Assembly (NCBI GenBank): GCA_963796685.1
Contig: CAWCMR010000015.1
Span: 32,001 to 96,000 of the forward strand
Source of the DNA: an uncultured delta proteobacterium
GTDB lineage: Bacteria; Myxococcota_A; Polyangia; Fen-1088
Direction: 5' to 3'
DNA length: 64,000 nucleotides
Part shown: one piece after another, positions 39,588-53,270 of the stretch
Position numbering within the stretch: the first letter of the stretch is position 1
How the letters are laid out: every line of letters starts with the position of its first letter
The notes under the pieces: generated by a model
The model's input: the letters and a program-made list of their open reading frames with translations, nothing else
Told to the model about the DNA's origin: nothing
Database searches by the model: none
Made by a program: the position numbers and the translations under genes

Positions 39588-40657
39588 GCAAGATTAGGAT
39601 CGCCGTCGATGCGATGGGCTCGGAGGGGGCGCCTCGCATCGAAATCGAGGGTGTCCTTTCCGCGGTCGCTGCGAGCGGCCTGGACGTCGTATTGGTCGGA
39701 GAGGAACCGCGGCTTCGAGAGGTGTTGGGGGAATCGGGACCGGGGGCGCCGCTCGAAAGAATCCAAATCCGCCATGCCCCCGATACGGTGGGCATGGACG
39801 AGGCGCCGGCCATCGCTTTTCGCCACAAGAAGGCGTCCTCGCTGCGCGTGTGCTTCGACATGGCCAAGGCGGGGGAGGTGGATGCCGTGATCTCCGCGGG
39901 AAATTCCGGCGCACTCATGGCCGGGGCGCTCATCGTGCTTGGGCGCATCGGCGCTGTCGAGCGGCCCGCCATCGCGACCACGTTTCCGACCCGGACCGGC
40001 CAGTGTGCGTTGCTCGACATGGGAGCCAATGTCGACCTGCGACCGTCCGTGTTGGCTCAGTTTGCCGTGCTCGGCGCCACCTACGCGCGTCTGCAGCACA
40101 AGAAGCCGCGTCCTCGCGTGGGCATCCTGTCGAACGGGACCGAGGAACAAAAGGGCACGGTCCTCACGCGCGAGGCGTTCAAGCTGCTCAGCCGAACATC
40201 TCCCGAGGGTGCCGGCACCGAGTTCGAGTTCCTTGGTTACGTCGAAGGCCGGGATATCTTCAAGGGGACCGCCGATGTGGTGGTCACCGACGGCTTCACC
40301 GGCAACGTCTTGCTCAAAGGGTGTGAGGGCTTGGTCGAGTGGATAGGCGAGGCGGTCAAGGAAGAGGTGATGCACGGAAGCTTCATCGAGAAGATCGGCG
40401 CTTGGTTGATGCGGCCGGCGTTGCGTAGGTTCAAGTACCGCTCGGACTACGCCGAGACCGGCGGCGCGCCCCTCATCGGGGTGGACGGCGTGGTCATCGT
40501 TTGCCACGGCGGCTCGGACGCGCGGGCCATCAAGAACGCCATCCTCACCGCGGGCGAGTACGCCAAGATCGATTTGCGAAGTGAAATCAAGCGCTGCATG
40601 GAAGCGCACGCCTTCCTATGGTCCGACAGCTCGCCGCCGCCTTCCGAGGAGGCGTAG
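39584..40657 (+). CDS. plsX: Phosphate acyltransferase PlsX (apparent CTG start)
   Basis: IAVDAMG, SAGNSGA, ERPAI, LDMGAN, VVTDGFTGN, GGAPLIG, CHG.S. Confidence 0.95.
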   Translation: MSKIRIAVDAMGSEGAPRIEIEGVLSAVAASGLDVVLVGEEPRLREVLGESGPGAPLERIQIRHAPDTVGMDEAPAIAFRHKKASSLRVCFDMAKAGEVDAVISAGNSGALMAGALIVLGRIGAVERPAIATTFPTRTGQCALLDMGANVDLRPSVLAQFAVLGATYARLQHKKPRPRVGILSNGTEEQKGTVLTREAFKLLSRTSPEGAGTEFEFLGYVEGRDIFKGTADVVVTDGFTGNVLLKGCEGLVEWIGEAVKEEVMHGSFIEKIGAWLMRPALRRFKYRSDYAETGGAPLIGVDGVVIVCHGGSDARAIKNAILTAGEYAKIDLRSEIKRCMEAHAFLWSDSSPPPSEEA

Positions 40658-40664
40658 CCGTACC

Positions 40665-41417
40665 GTGCCGGAGCTCGCTGGCCGAGTGGCGATCGTGACC
40701 GGGGCCTCGCGCGGCATCGGCCGCGCCGTGGCCATCGCGCTTGCAGCGCAAGGGGCCAAGGTCATCGTGAACTTTCAGAAGAACGAAGTCGCTGCGGACG
40801 CGACCGTGGCGGCCATCGCTGGCGCGGGCGGCGATGCCGTGGCCATGCGTTTCGACGTCGCGGATGCCGCTGCGGTCGATTCGGCCACCAGGGAAATCGT
40901 TGCGACGCATGGAGGCGTTCACATCCTGGTCAACAACGCGGGGGTGGCGGTGAACGGGCTGACCCTGGGCGGCAAGGATGCCGACTTCCGTCGGGCCGTG
41001 GATGTGAATCTGGGAGGGACCTTCAACTGCACACGCGCGGCCCTGCGTTCGCTGATGCGGGCGCCCGGTGGAGGCCGCATCGTCAACATCGCGTCGATCA
41101 TCGGCGAAGGCGGTTCGGCCGGGCAAGGCTTCTATGCCGCAGCCAAGGCGGGCATCATCGGATTTACCAAATCTTGGGCGCGCGAGTACGCCTCGCGCGG
41201 ACTTACCGTGAACGCGGTCTCGCCGGGGGTCATCGCTACCGATATGACCGACGCGGAAATGCCGGAGTCTCGCAAGGAAGAGGTCCTACGCACCATTCCG
41301 CTCGGCCGATTCGGCTTGCCCGACGACGTGGCGCACGCGGTGGCTTTTCTCGCCGGGCCCAGGGCGGCCTACATCACCGGTCAGGTCGTGCGGGTCAACG
41401 GCGGTCTTTTAATGTAA
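40665..41417 (+). CDS. fabG: 3-oxoacyl-ACP reductase
   Basis: TGASRGIG, NNAG, YAAAK; fab operon context. Confidence 0.92.
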   Translation: MPELAGRVAIVTGASRGIGRAVAIALAAQGAKVIVNFQKNEVAADATVAAIAGAGGDAVAMRFDVADAAAVDSATREIVATHGGVHILVNNAGVAVNGLTLGGKDADFRRAVDVNLGGTFNCTRAALRSLMRAPGGGRIVNIASIIGEGGSAGQGFYAAAKAGIIGFTKSWAREYASRGLTVNAVSPGVIATDMTDAEMPESRKEEVLRTIPLGRFGLPDDVAHAVAFLAGPRAAYITGQVVRVNGGLLM

Positions 41418-41468
41418 CCTATGCGTTCCACGCGTTTCCAGAAACAGTCGTAAGAAGAGGATCCGAGA

Positions 41469-41708
41469 ATGGCTGAGAACATCGAAGAGAAGGTCACGAA
41501 GATCGTTGCCGAGCAGTTCGAGGTACCGGCGGAGAAGGTCACCATGAAGTCTTTGTTCATGGATGATCTGAAGGCGGATTCACTATCCGTGGTCGAGCTC
41601 GTATTGGCGATCGAAGAGGCCTTCAATCTCGAAATTCCCGACGAGGATGCCGAAAAGATCAAGACCGTCGGCGATGTGGTCAACTACGTCAAGGCCCGCG
41701 CGAAGTAG
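41469..41708 (+). CDS. acpP: Acyl carrier protein
   Basis: [24 protein letters not shown]. Confidence 0.96.
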   Translation: MAENIEEKVTKIVAEQFEVPAEKVTMKSLFMDDLKADSLSVVELVLAIEEAFNLEIPDEDAEKIKTVGDVVNYVKARAK

Positions 41709-41717
41709 AGAGTGGCC

Positions 41718-42968
41718 ATGCCACGCAGGGTAGCTGTGACCGGCATCGGGCTGGTCACCCCCGTGGGGATCGGGACCGAGGAAACCTGGCGGGCGTTGCT
41801 CGGCGGCGTTTCCGGCATCGGCCCCATCACGCACTTCGACGCTGGAGAGTTCTCGACGCGATTTGCCGGCGAGGTCAAGGCGTTCAAGGCCACGCGCTGG
41901 ATCTCCGCGCGCGAAGCCCGATCGTCGATGTCCGATCTGTTCATTCAGTTCGCCATGGCCGCGGGAACCATGGCCATGGAGGATGCCGGTCTGGTGCTCG
42001 ATGGCGAGCTCGGCGAACGGACAGGTTGCTTCATCGGGTCGGGCATGGGTGGGGTCGCCACCATCGAAGCCACCCACCGGGCGCTTCTGGCCAAGGGTCC
42101 ACGCCATGGTTTTTCTCCCTTCTTCGTCACCCAAATCATCATCAACCTGGCGGCCGGACAGCTCTCCATCAAATACGGCGCCCGGGGGCCGTGCTACGGT
42201 CAGGTCTCGGCCTGTTCAAGCGGCGCCCACGCCATCGGCGATGCCTTTCGTCTGGTCCAGCGCGGTGAGGCCGATGCCATGATCTGCGGCGGCAGCGAAG
42301 CCGTGGTGACCCCACTCGGTGTCGGTGGATTCGCCGCCATGCGTGCTTTGTCCACGCGTAACGACGCGCCGGCGCAGGCATGTCGCCCCTTCGATCTCGA
42401 CCGCGACGGGTTCGTGCTGTCCGAGGGGGCGGGCATCCTGATCCTGGAAGAGCTGGAGCACGCCAAGAAGCGGGGAGCGCACATTCATGCCGTCCTGGAA
42501 GGCTACGCCGCCAACGCCGACGCCCATCACATCACCGCTCCTTCCGAGGGAGGCGAGGGCGTTCAGCGCTGCATGCGCGCCGCCATGGCGGACGCGGGGC
42601 TGAACATCGAAGACATCGACTACATCAATGCCCACGGCACCTCCACGAAGATGAACGACTCTACCGAAACCCTGGCCATCAAGAAGGTGTTCGGCGACCA
42701 CGCGCGCAAGTTGATGGTCAGCTCGACCAAGTCGATGACCGGGCACCTGCTCGGCGCCGCGGGCGGTGTCGAGGCTGCGTTCACGGCCCTGGCCGTGGGC
42801 CGAGCCCAGATCCCGCCGACCATCAATTACACGACACCCGATCCCGAGTGCGATCTCGACTACGTGCCCAACGTCGCGCGTGACGCGAAACCAGGGCATG
42901 CGCTCACCAACAGCTTCGGCTTCGGCGGCGCCAACGCGTGTTTGATCTTCGGCCGACCGGACGTGTAA
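41718..42968 (+). CDS. fabF: Beta-ketoacyl-ACP synthase II
   Basis: [26 protein letters not shown]. Confidence 0.96.
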   Translation: MPRRVAVTGIGLVTPVGIGTEETWRALLGGVSGIGPITHFDAGEFSTRFAGEVKAFKATRWISAREARSSMSDLFIQFAMAAGTMAMEDAGLVLDGELGERTGCFIGSGMGGVATIEATHRALLAKGPRHGFSPFFVTQIIINLAAGQLSIKYGARGPCYGQVSACSSGAHAIGDAFRLVQRGEADAMICGGSEAVVTPLGVGGFAAMRALSTRNDAPAQACRPFDLDRDGFVLSEGAGILILEELEHAKKRGAHIHAVLEGYAANADAHHITAPSEGGEGVQRCMRAAMADAGLNIEDIDYINAHGTSTKMNDSTETLAIKKVFGDHARKLMVSSTKSMTGHLLGAAGGVEAAFTALAVGRAQIPPTINYTTPDPECDLDYVPNVARDAKPGHALTNSFGFGGANACLIFGRPDV

Positions 42969-43042
42969 TCGGACCTGAAGAGATCGTTCGACGGAAAGTC
43001 GTGGCCCGTCGCGAGGATTCTCGGGATACACTGTCACCGATC

Positions 43043-44755
43043 ATGGCACCTGACCTCTGCCCATACTGCGGGAAGGCGGCGCACGGCACGGAGTCGAGCT
43101 TCGACTGCCCCGGTCGATCCGACACCAAGACCGCGGCGACCGGTGCCCCGGCGCTCGACCCGCCCGGCGATACGCCGAATGCGTCGCCGGCCCGGCCATC
43201 GAGCGCTTTCGATACGTCCGCCACGTCGCTCGGCACCAAGCTTTCCGAGGGTACGAAGGTGGGCGAGTACCAGATCCTGGCCCGCATCGGCGAAGGCGGC
43301 ATGGGGACGGTCTACAGCGCGGTCCATCCCATCATCGGCAAGAAGGTCGCCATCAAGGTGCTCGCGGCCAGGCTGGCCAAGAACAAGAACGCCATCCGTC
43401 GTTTCGTGCTGGAGGCGCGCGCCGTGAACGACATCCAGCATCCAGGGCTGGTCGACATCTTCTCCTTCGGCCGGCTGACCGACGGTCGCCATTACTATGT
43501 CATGGAGTATCTCGAAGGGCGCAACCTGGGCGACGTGCTCTGCGAACGGGTGAGGATGCCCATGTCCGAAGCCATCCCCATCTTCCTCGAGGTGGGGCGC
43601 GCGCTGGTGGCGGTGCACTCGAAGGGAATCGTCCATCGGGATCTCAAGCCCGAGAACATCTTGCTTCTTGCCTCGGTACAGCCGGGCGGGCAGCGGGTCA
43701 AGCTGGTGGATTTCGGGCTGGCCAAGCTCGTCGAGGGCGTGCCCGCCCATCTCAGTGCTGGTGGCCCGCGCACCGCTGCCGGGGTCAACGTCGGCACGCC
43801 TCACTACATGTCGCCCGAGCAGTGTCGCGGCCAGAAGGTCGACGCGCGCTCGGATCTCTATGCGCTCGGCGTGCTGCTCTACGAAACCCTGACCGGTCGG
43901 CTGCCTTTCGATGGCCCCACGCCGGTGGACATCTGGCAGGCCCACGTCGAAAAGCCGCCACGTTCGCCCATGGATCTCACTCCCGGCGCGGTCAGTCCCG
44001 CCTTGAACGCGATGATCTTGCGCCTCTTGGCCAAGAAGCCCGAACATCGCATTCAGACGGCGTCGGATTTCTGCACGGCTCTCGAGAACCTTGGCGACGA
44101 CGGCCAGCCTAGTCGCGTTGGCGAAGGCGGGCTATGCCCGCCGGAGCCAGAGCGCGGGAAGGCCTGGAAACCCTCTCAGGGTTTCCATATCAAGCGTCCC
44201 ACCTCCCTTCCGTCGACGGATTCGGCGCGGCACGGCCCCTGGCAACCCTCGCCGGACCACGCGGCCCACAAGCCCGCCAACCATGATGAGCTCGCCACGA
44301 CGACGGAAGACTTGCCGGTCGTGCAACTTCCCGAGGTCGCCTTTTCCGAGGAAGACCGCAGGCAGGAGATCGAGGAGCTGCGCTCGAGCCTTGGCTTGCA
44401 CATCGAGGAGCCCGCCTCGGACAGCCAGGAGGAGGAGCAGATGAGCGCCCTCGTGATCGATCTGGGTTCGTCGCATGCGTCTCCAGCCGATTGCAAGAAC
44501 CCGCCACGGACGCACGAGCGCTCTTTGCCGTTGCTTCGGACCGGGCCGAAAGTCCGTCACGTCACCCGTCCGATCCAGGAGCGTCAATACGTCCCTCCGC
44601 TCTCGGCCCCATCGTCGCGTGGCGCAGGTCCGGCCAGAACCACGACCGATTTGGCGATCCAGCCTCCCTCGCGCGCTTGGACGATTGTTCGCGCCATCCT
44701 GGTGACAGCGCTCCTCGTCGCCGCTACGGTCGTGGCCGTGAAGTTCATCAGGTAG
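43043..44755 (+). CDS. Hanks-type Ser/Thr kinase with N-terminal CxxC and C-terminal TM tail
   Basis: GEGGMG, AIK, HRDLKPEN, DFG, GTPHYMSPE. Confidence 0.93.
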   Translation: MAPDLCPYCGKAAHGTESSFDCPGRSDTKTAATGAPALDPPGDTPNASPARPSSAFDTSATSLGTKLSEGTKVGEYQILARIGEGGMGTVYSAVHPIIGKKVAIKVLAARLAKNKNAIRRFVLEARAVNDIQHPGLVDIFSFGRLTDGRHYYVMEYLEGRNLGDVLCERVRMPMSEAIPIFLEVGRALVAVHSKGIVHRDLKPENILLLASVQPGGQRVKLVDFGLAKLVEGVPAHLSAGGPRTAAGVNVGTPHYMSPEQCRGQKVDARSDLYALGVLLYETLTGRLPFDGPTPVDIWQAHVEKPPRSPMDLTPGAVSPALNAMILRLLAKKPEHRIQTASDFCTALENLGDDGQPSRVGEGGLCPPEPERGKAWKPSQGFHIKRPTSLPSTDSARHGPWQPSPDHAAHKPANHDELATTTEDLPVVQLPEVAFSEEDRRQEIEELRSSLGLHIEEPASDSQEEEQMSALVIDLGSSHASPADCKNPPRTHERSLPLLRTGPKVRHVTRPIQERQYVPPLSAPSSRGAGPARTTTDLAIQPPSRAWTIVRAILVTALLVAATVVAVKFIR

Positions 44756-46127
44756 CGTGCATGGCGGCTTCGACCGCCAGCGGCGCCTTGGGAAGAGCGG
44801 CGTTCAAATTGTCGTGTCCATCGCGGGTCACCAGGATGGTGTCCTCGATGCGAATGCCGCGCACGTCACGGAAGGCGGCCAACCGGTCGCGGCGCAAGCG
44901 GTCCTTGGCGACGCGCGTTCGCTCCGCGTCGTCCAGGATGGCCGGCACCTGGTAGAAGCCAGGCTCGACGGTGACGGCCATTCCGGGGACCAGATCGCGA
45001 TCCAAGCGAAGCGCCTTGAGTCCAGAGTCGGTCGATCGTGTGCGCCCCGGCGCGTACGTTGCGCGGTCACCCAGGTCATCCAGGTCGTGGACGTCCAGGC
45101 CGACGAGATGTCCAACCCCGTGCGGAAAGAACAACGCCACCACGCCGTCGCTGACCAGCTCGGCGGGATCCCCGCGCAGGATGCCGAGCCCGACCAGGCC
45201 TTCCGCAGTGGCACGCGCGGCGATGGCCTGCAGCTCCAGGTAGCGTCGGCCGGGCTTGATGGCGTCCACCGCGGCGGTCTGGGCGCGTAGGACGACTTCG
45301 TACAGATCGCGCTGGGTGGATGTGTAGCGCCCGCTGACCGGCCAGGTTCGGGTGACGTCGCCGGCCCAGCCCCCCGCGGTCTCCGCCCCAGCATCGACGA
45401 GAAGGAGGTCGCCGTCGGCCAGGGTAAAATGATGGTCCTCGTTGTGCAGCACTTCGCCGTGGACGGACACGATGGAATTGAACGAAGTGGTCATGTTGCG
45501 CGCCACGAGCTCGGCTTCGATGGCCGCCCTGACCGCGCTTTCGCGGATGCCGGCGCGAACGGCGCGAAGGCCGGCCGTGTGTGCCGCCACGGTGGCCTGC
45601 GCGGCCTCGCGCAGACCGGCGATTCCGGCCTGGTCGTGGACCAGGCGCAGCTCGATGAGGGCATCGGCCAGGGGCTCGTCGATGGCGGCCAACTTGCCCG
45701 GGCGGATCTCCCGACCGAGCAGGCTCGACTGTTCCACGCAGGTCTCGACGTCCGGCGAGGGCAGGGTCGCAGTCGTCCCGGGGTCGAGGGCCTCCTGCAA
45801 CTTGGCCGTGGGGAAGACAGGAACGCCCAGGATTTCGCCCAGCTCGGAGAATCCCGGCACCGGTCCCGTCCACAGCGCCGCGTCTGGCCCAGGCTCGGGA
45901 AGAAAAAGCCGCCAACCCTCGCCACTCCAAAATCCCATCGCCTTTTCCAGGTGCAGCCCGAACAAGTAAAGAAAGTGACTGGCGGCTCGAAAGGGGTGCA
46001 GGCCTCGGTGGGTGCCCCGTGGGCGTGGAGCGCCAGAGGCGACCAGGGCAGATTGGTTCCCCAGGCGGGAGGCCAAGCGATTGCGCCGCTCGGCGCAGGC
46101 TGACTTGTCGAAGAACGAAAGGTCCAT
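44748..46127 (-). CDS. pepP: Xaa-Pro aminopeptidase (M24B)
   Basis: LHN, DAG..DVTRT, HGVGH.VGLDVHD, TVEPG, GIRIED. Confidence 0.9.
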   Translation of the reverse strand: MDLSFFDKSACAERRNRLASRLGNQSALVASGAPRPRGTHRGLHPFRAASHFLYLFGLHLEKAMGFWSGEGWRLFLPEPGPDAALWTGPVPGFSELGEILGVPVFPTAKLQEALDPGTTATLPSPDVETCVEQSSLLGREIRPGKLAAIDEPLADALIELRLVHDQAGIAGLREAAQATVAAHTAGLRAVRAGIRESAVRAAIEAELVARNMTTSFNSIVSVHGEVLHNEDHHFTLADGDLLLVDAGAETAGGWAGDVTRTWPVSGRYTSTQRDLYEVVLRAQTAAVDAIKPGRRYLELQAIAARATAEGLVGLGILRGDPAELVSDGVVALFFPHGVGHLVGLDVHDLDDLGDRATYAPGRTRSTDSGLKALRLDRDLVPGMAVTVEPGFYQVPAILDDAERTRVAKDRLRRDRLAAFRDVRGIRIEDTILVTRDGHDNLNAALPKAPLAVEAAMHAT

Positions 46128-46259
46128 GTTTCCCCAAGTATACGATGCGCGAACTGGCGAATTCGATCCGTTCGGACCATGTTCCCCCGCAGGGCGGACG
46201 AAGTTGACCAGACATCTTGATCGCTGCCGCGCGCGTGACAAGCTACTCTTCCTGGAGCC

Positions 46260-46580
46260 ATGCCGAAGCGCAACCCGCAAGACGAGCGCGAAGTCGCGAC
46301 ACTTGAGAAGGTCAAGGTCGAACAGCCGCGCCTTTACGAGGTCGTGCTTCACAACGACGACTACACCACCCAGGTTTTTGTCGTGTACGTCCTGATGAAG
46401 TTCTTCCATCACGACGCCGCCACGGCCAACGAGATCATGCTGCACGTTCATACCAAGGGAATGGGAGTCGCCGGGGTCTATCCGCGCGACATGGCGGAAA
46501 CCAAGGCAACCCAGGTCGTCGGCTTCGCGCGCAAGCACGAAATGCCGCTCGAGTGCTCGGTAAGAAGGCAATCATGCTGA
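46260..46580 (+). CDS. clpS: ClpS adaptor
   Basis: YEVVLHNDDYT, IMLHVHTKG. Confidence 0.96.
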   Translation: MPKRNPQDEREVATLEKVKVEQPRLYEVVLHNDDYTTQVFVVYVLMKFFHHDAATANEIMLHVHTKGMGVAGVYPRDMAETKATQVVGFARKHEMPLECSVRRQSC

Positions 46581-48950
46581 GTCCAGAAGCTCGAAATGGC
46601 CGTACGCAAGGCATTGGGGGACGCCACCCGGCGCGGACACGAATTTTCCGGGCTCGAGCATCTGCTGCTGGCGCTTCTCGACGACGCCAGGACGGTCGAC
46701 ACCATCAAGAAATGCGGTGGCGCCTTGCCACGCCTGCGGGCCAAGCTCGAAGACTTCCTCTCCACGTCGATACCCGCCGTTCCGGTGCCGCCCGCGCACG
46801 AGGCAGCCCGGGTGAAGCCGGAGGCGGCCGACGTGGATGGCGGCGAGCAAGAAGAAGAGACCCACCACGCCCAACCCAGCCTGGGTTTCCTGCGGGTGAT
46901 CCAGAACGCCGTGAACCACATCCTTGGCTCGGGCCGTTTCGAAGTGCAGGGGCCGCACGTGCTGGTGGCCATGTATGGCGAGCGCGACTGCCACGCGGTG
47001 CACTTCCTCAAGCAGGAGGGCATTTCGCGTCTGGATCTGCTAAGCACCATCTCGCACGGTACCTCGAAGCTTCTACCTGGGCCCACGCACGGCGCGGGCG
47101 ATTCCCCTGCCGGCATGCCGGACGAGCAAGGTGAGGAAGGGCCGGCCAAAGATCCGCTTTCCGCCTACGCCGTCAACCTGAACGAGCGGGCGCGTGCGGG
47201 CGAAATCGATCCGCTGGTCGGCCGGCACAAGGAGGTCGAGCGCGCGCTGCACGTGCTGGCCCGTCGGCGCAAGAACAACCCCTTGTTCGTCGGCGATCCC
47301 GGCGTGGGCAAGACCGCCATCGTCGAGGGCATGGCCGCGCGCATCGAGGCGGGCGAGGCGCCGGCGGCCCTGCGCGGGACGACCATCTTCTCCATCGACA
47401 TGGGCTCGCTCTTGGCCGGCACGCGCTACCGCGGCGATTTCGAGGAGCGCTTCAAAGCGGTTCTGCGCGCGGTGGAGGAAAAGGAAAACGCCGTCATCTT
47501 CGTCGACGAGCTGCACACCATCGTGGGCGCGGGCGCGGTTTCGGGGGGCAGCATGGACGCCTCGAACCTGCTCAAACCGTTGCTTTCGAGCGGGCGCATC
47601 CGCTGCATCGGCACCACCACCCACAAGGAGCTGCGCGCGCACATCGAAAAGGATCGTGCGCTCGCGCGTCGCTTCCAGCCCATCGAGGTGCCCGAGCTCA
47701 ACGTCGCCGATACGGTGAAGGTGCTCAAGGGCTTACGCCGCCACTACGAGGATTTCCACGGCGTGAAGTACAGCCCCAAAGCCCTGCGTATGGCCGCCGA
47801 GCTTGCGGATCGCTACCTGTCCGAGCGCAAGCTGCCCGACAAGGCCATCGACCTCATCGACGAAGCCGGCGCGATTTTGAAGCTGCGTGGTCGCGATCCC
47901 GAGAGCAAACCCGAGGAATCCATGCGCGTGCGGTCGCGCGATATCGAGGCCGTGGTCGCCACCATGGCGCGCATCCCGCCCAGACGCGCGGCTTCGACCG
48001 ATCGCGAACGCCTGCGCAATCTGGAAACCGAGATCAAGGCCCGCATCTTCGGCCAGGACAAGGCCGTCGAACGCGTGAGCCAGGCCATCCGCATGAACCG
48101 CGCGGGGCTGGGCCAGCCTGGCCGGCCGATTGGCTGCTTCGTTTTCGCCGGGCCGACCGGCGTGGGGAAGACCGAGCTGGCCAAACAACTGGCCGAGATT
48201 CTGGGCGTGAGCTTCCTGCGCTACGACATGTCGGAATACATGGAGCGGCACACGGTTTCGCGCCTGATCGGGGCGCCGCCCGGCTACGTCGGTTTCGATC
48301 AGGGGGGACTGCTCACGGATGCCATCCACAAGACCCCGCACGCGGTGCTGCTGCTCGACGAGATCGAGAAGGCGCACCCGGATCTGTTCAACATTCTCCT
48401 GCAGGTGATGGACCACGGGGCGCTCACCGATAACAACGGCCGCCAGTCCGACTTCCGCCACGTGGTTTTGATCATGACCAGCAACGTGGGCGCTCGCGAT
48501 TTGTCGAAGCACCTGCCCGGTTTCGGCGCGGGCGAGCGCTTCGGCGACTCCGACGAGGCCTTCAAACGCATGTTCTCGCCCGAGTTCCGCAATCGGCTCG
48601 ACGCCAAGGTCGACTTTGCGCCCCTCGGCGCCGCGGAGATGCTGCGCATCGTCGACAAGTTCATCGCCGAGCTGTCGGCACAGTTGGCCGAGCGCAAGGT
48701 GACGATCGATCTATCGCGGGCCGCGCGGGATTACCTGGCCAAGAAGGGGCACGACCCGATGAACGGCGCCCGGCCGCTGGCGCGCGTGATCCAGGAAGAG
48801 GTCAAGCGTCCGCTCACCGACGAGCTTTTGTTCGGCGCGCTGGCAAGCGGCGGCAAAGTGGGCGTGGACCTCGTCGGCGACAAGTTGATCTTCGCCTACG
48901 CCGAGTCACCTGCCAAGCTCGCGAGCCCTGAGAAGACGCCGGTGAGCTGA
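46574..48950 (+). CDS. clpA: ClpA ATPase (frameshift near 46587, just after the start)
   Basis: MLSPE/LEMAV..HEF..EHLLLAL; two AAA modules (GDPGVGKT, GPTGVGKT); follows clpS. Confidence 0.95.
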
Positions 48951-48952
48951 CG

Positions 48953-50878
<1,926 letters not shown>

Positions 50879-50983
50879 GCGGGGCGCGTGAGGGTAGCAC
50901 ACCGGGGAATCCGTCAGGTGCGTGGTGCGCGTTCGCAAGCAACCTCTGCGGACCGTCGCATGCTTGTGCTAGATATCGCCTCC

Positions 50984-52630
50984 ATGAGCATCGTCGGCAC
51001 CGACACCTGGAAGAAGCTGGCAGAGCACCACAAGGCCATCGCGCCCGCGCAGATGCGCGATCTGTTCACGAAGGATCCCAAGCGCTTCGCGACCTTCTCG
51101 CTACGCCTCGGGGACCTGCTGCTCGACTACTCGAAGAACCGCGTCACGAACGAGACCATGGAGCTCTTGCGCGCACTCGCGCGCGAAGCCGGCGTCGAGG
51201 CCATGCGTGACAAGATGTTCGCCGGCGAGCCCATCAACCTGACCGAGGGCAGGGCGGTCCTGCACACGGCCCTGCGCAACCTCTCGTCGCGGCCCATCCT
51301 CGTTGCCGGCAAAGACGTGATGCCGGACGTCCACGCGGCCCTCGACCACATGCGCGACTTCAGCGAGTCCGTGCGCAGCGGAGCGTGGAAGGGCTACACC
51401 GGCAGGCCGATTCGCGCCATCGTCAACATCGGTATCGGCGGCTCGGATCTCGGCCCGGTCATGGTGACCGAGGCTCTGCGGCCGTACTGCCGCGACGACT
51501 TGGACCTTCACTTCGTGTCCAACGTCGACGGCTCGCACATCGCCGAGGTGCTGAAACGCGTGGATCCCCAGACCACGCTCTTCCTCGTCGCCTCCAAGAC
51601 CTTCACGACCCAGGAAACCATGGCCAACGCGCACAGCGCGCGGGCGTGGTTCCTTGGACACGCCAAGGACGAGAGGCACATCGCCAAGCACTTCGTCGCC
51701 CTGTCGACCAACGCCAAGGAGGTGGCCAAGTTCGGCATCGCGACGGACAACATGTTCGTGTTTTGGGATTGGGTCGGTGGTCGCTATTCGCTGTGGTCGT
51801 CCATCGGCCTGTCCATCGCCCTCGGCGTCGGCTTCGACAACTTCCGTGCCCTCCTCGAAGGCGCGCACGAGATGGACGAGCACTTCCGGACTGCGCCGCT
51901 CGACAAGAATTTGCCCGTGACCCTGGCCCTCCTGGGCGTCTGGTACAACAACTTCTTCGGCGCCGAGACCCACGCCATCCTGCCCTACGATCAGTACCTG
52001 TTGCGCTTTCCGGCCTACTTCCAGCAGGGCGACATGGAGTCGAACGGCAAGCGCGTCACCCGCGATGGAAAGGTCATCGACTACCAGACCGGCCCGGTGA
52101 TCTGGGGCGAGCCCGGCACCAACGGCCAGCACGCCTTCTACCAGCTGCTTCACCAGGGTACGAAGCTGGTCCCCGCCGACTTCCTCGCGTCGGTCGACAC
52201 GCACAACCCCATCGGCGAGCACCACACCTTGCTGCTGGCGAACTTCCTGGCCCAGACCGAGGCGCTCATGAAGGGCAAGACCGAAGCCGAGGCGCGTGCC
52301 GACCTGGAAGCCGCGGGCATCCACGGAGCCGCCTTGGCCGCGCTGCTGCCGCACAAGGTGTTCCCGGGCAATCGCCCCACGAATTCGCTGCTCTATCAAA
52401 AGCTCGACCCGCGCACCCTGGGCAAGCTGATCGCGCTCTACGAGCACAAGATCTTCGTGCAGGGGATCATCTGGAACGTGAACTCCTTCGACCAGTGGGG
52501 CGTCGAGCTTGGCAAGAAGCTGGCCAATGCCATCCTGCCCGAGCTGCGTGCGAGCGGTGACGTTTCCTCCCACGACGCCTCGACCAACAGCCTCATCAAC
52601 GAAATCAAGCGGAGGCGCAGCAAGGCTTGA
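50984..52630 (+). CDS. pgi: Glucose-6-phosphate isomerase
   Basis: [45 protein letters not shown]. Confidence 0.97.
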   Translation: MSIVGTDTWKKLAEHHKAIAPAQMRDLFTKDPKRFATFSLRLGDLLLDYSKNRVTNETMELLRALAREAGVEAMRDKMFAGEPINLTEGRAVLHTALRNLSSRPILVAGKDVMPDVHAALDHMRDFSESVRSGAWKGYTGRPIRAIVNIGIGGSDLGPVMVTEALRPYCRDDLDLHFVSNVDGSHIAEVLKRVDPQTTLFLVASKTFTTQETMANAHSARAWFLGHAKDERHIAKHFVALSTNAKEVAKFGIATDNMFVFWDWVGGRYSLWSSIGLSIALGVGFDNFRALLEGAHEMDEHFRTAPLDKNLPVTLALLGVWYNNFFGAETHAILPYDQYLLRFPAYFQQGDMESNGKRVTRDGKVIDYQTGPVIWGEPGTNGQHAFYQLLHQGTKLVPADFLASVDTHNPIGEHHTLLLANFLAQTEALMKGKTEAEARADLEAAGIHGAALAALLPHKVFPGNRPTNSLLYQKLDPRTLGKLIALYEHKIFVQGIIWNVNSFDQWGVELGKKLANAILPELRASGDVSSHDASTNSLINEIKRRRSKA

Positions 52631-53242
52631 TCACCGACCCCATTCCCCGGGCGGCCAAGGTCCGCCGCCAGTACGAGGCGAGCGATGCCCAGACGCACCT
52701 CGTCTTGCCGCCCGCGGAGCCGCTGCAGAACCTGGCCAGGGCCCTGGCCGAGGCGCTGGCCACCGAGCAGCGGCCCAAGGTCAAGAAGGCGGGCGCCAAT
52801 CTCCTCGCGTTCCTGGCCCAGTCCTACGACGTCGCACCACCCAAGCTTTCCGTGTTGGGCGCGCGGCCGAAGACGGTCTCGGAAGGCTCGTCCTACGAGC
52901 TGTGGGGCGACTACACTTTCGCCACCCAGGCCATCCGCGTCTGGATGCGCACCGCGGTTCTGGGCAAGGTCACCAGCTTCCGCGGCTTGCTCAACACGAT
53001 CTTGCACGAGCCTCTGCCACCACCTCGACGTCGAGCACTTCGGCTGGCCCGATACTCCGCACACGCGCGGCTTTTTCTGCCGCATCGACGACCTCTACCA
53101 TCTGGCCCTGGCCACGCCCGCGGAGCAGCGCAGGCCGCTGGTATGGATCAAAGGGCGCAACACCTGGCGCATCGACTGGACCAAGCTGCGGTCGAGGCCT
53201 ACGGGTCCGTGCGGGCCTGAGCACCAAGGAACTGGACCGTAG
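52627..53242 (+). CDS. SprT-like HExxH zinc metalloprotein (frameshift near 53010)
   Basis: Joining frames gives NTILHELCHHLD..HTRGFF; start overlaps the pgi stop. Confidence 0.6.
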
Positions 53243-53270
53243 TACTCAGCCCAATTCTGGCTTTGGTGAC

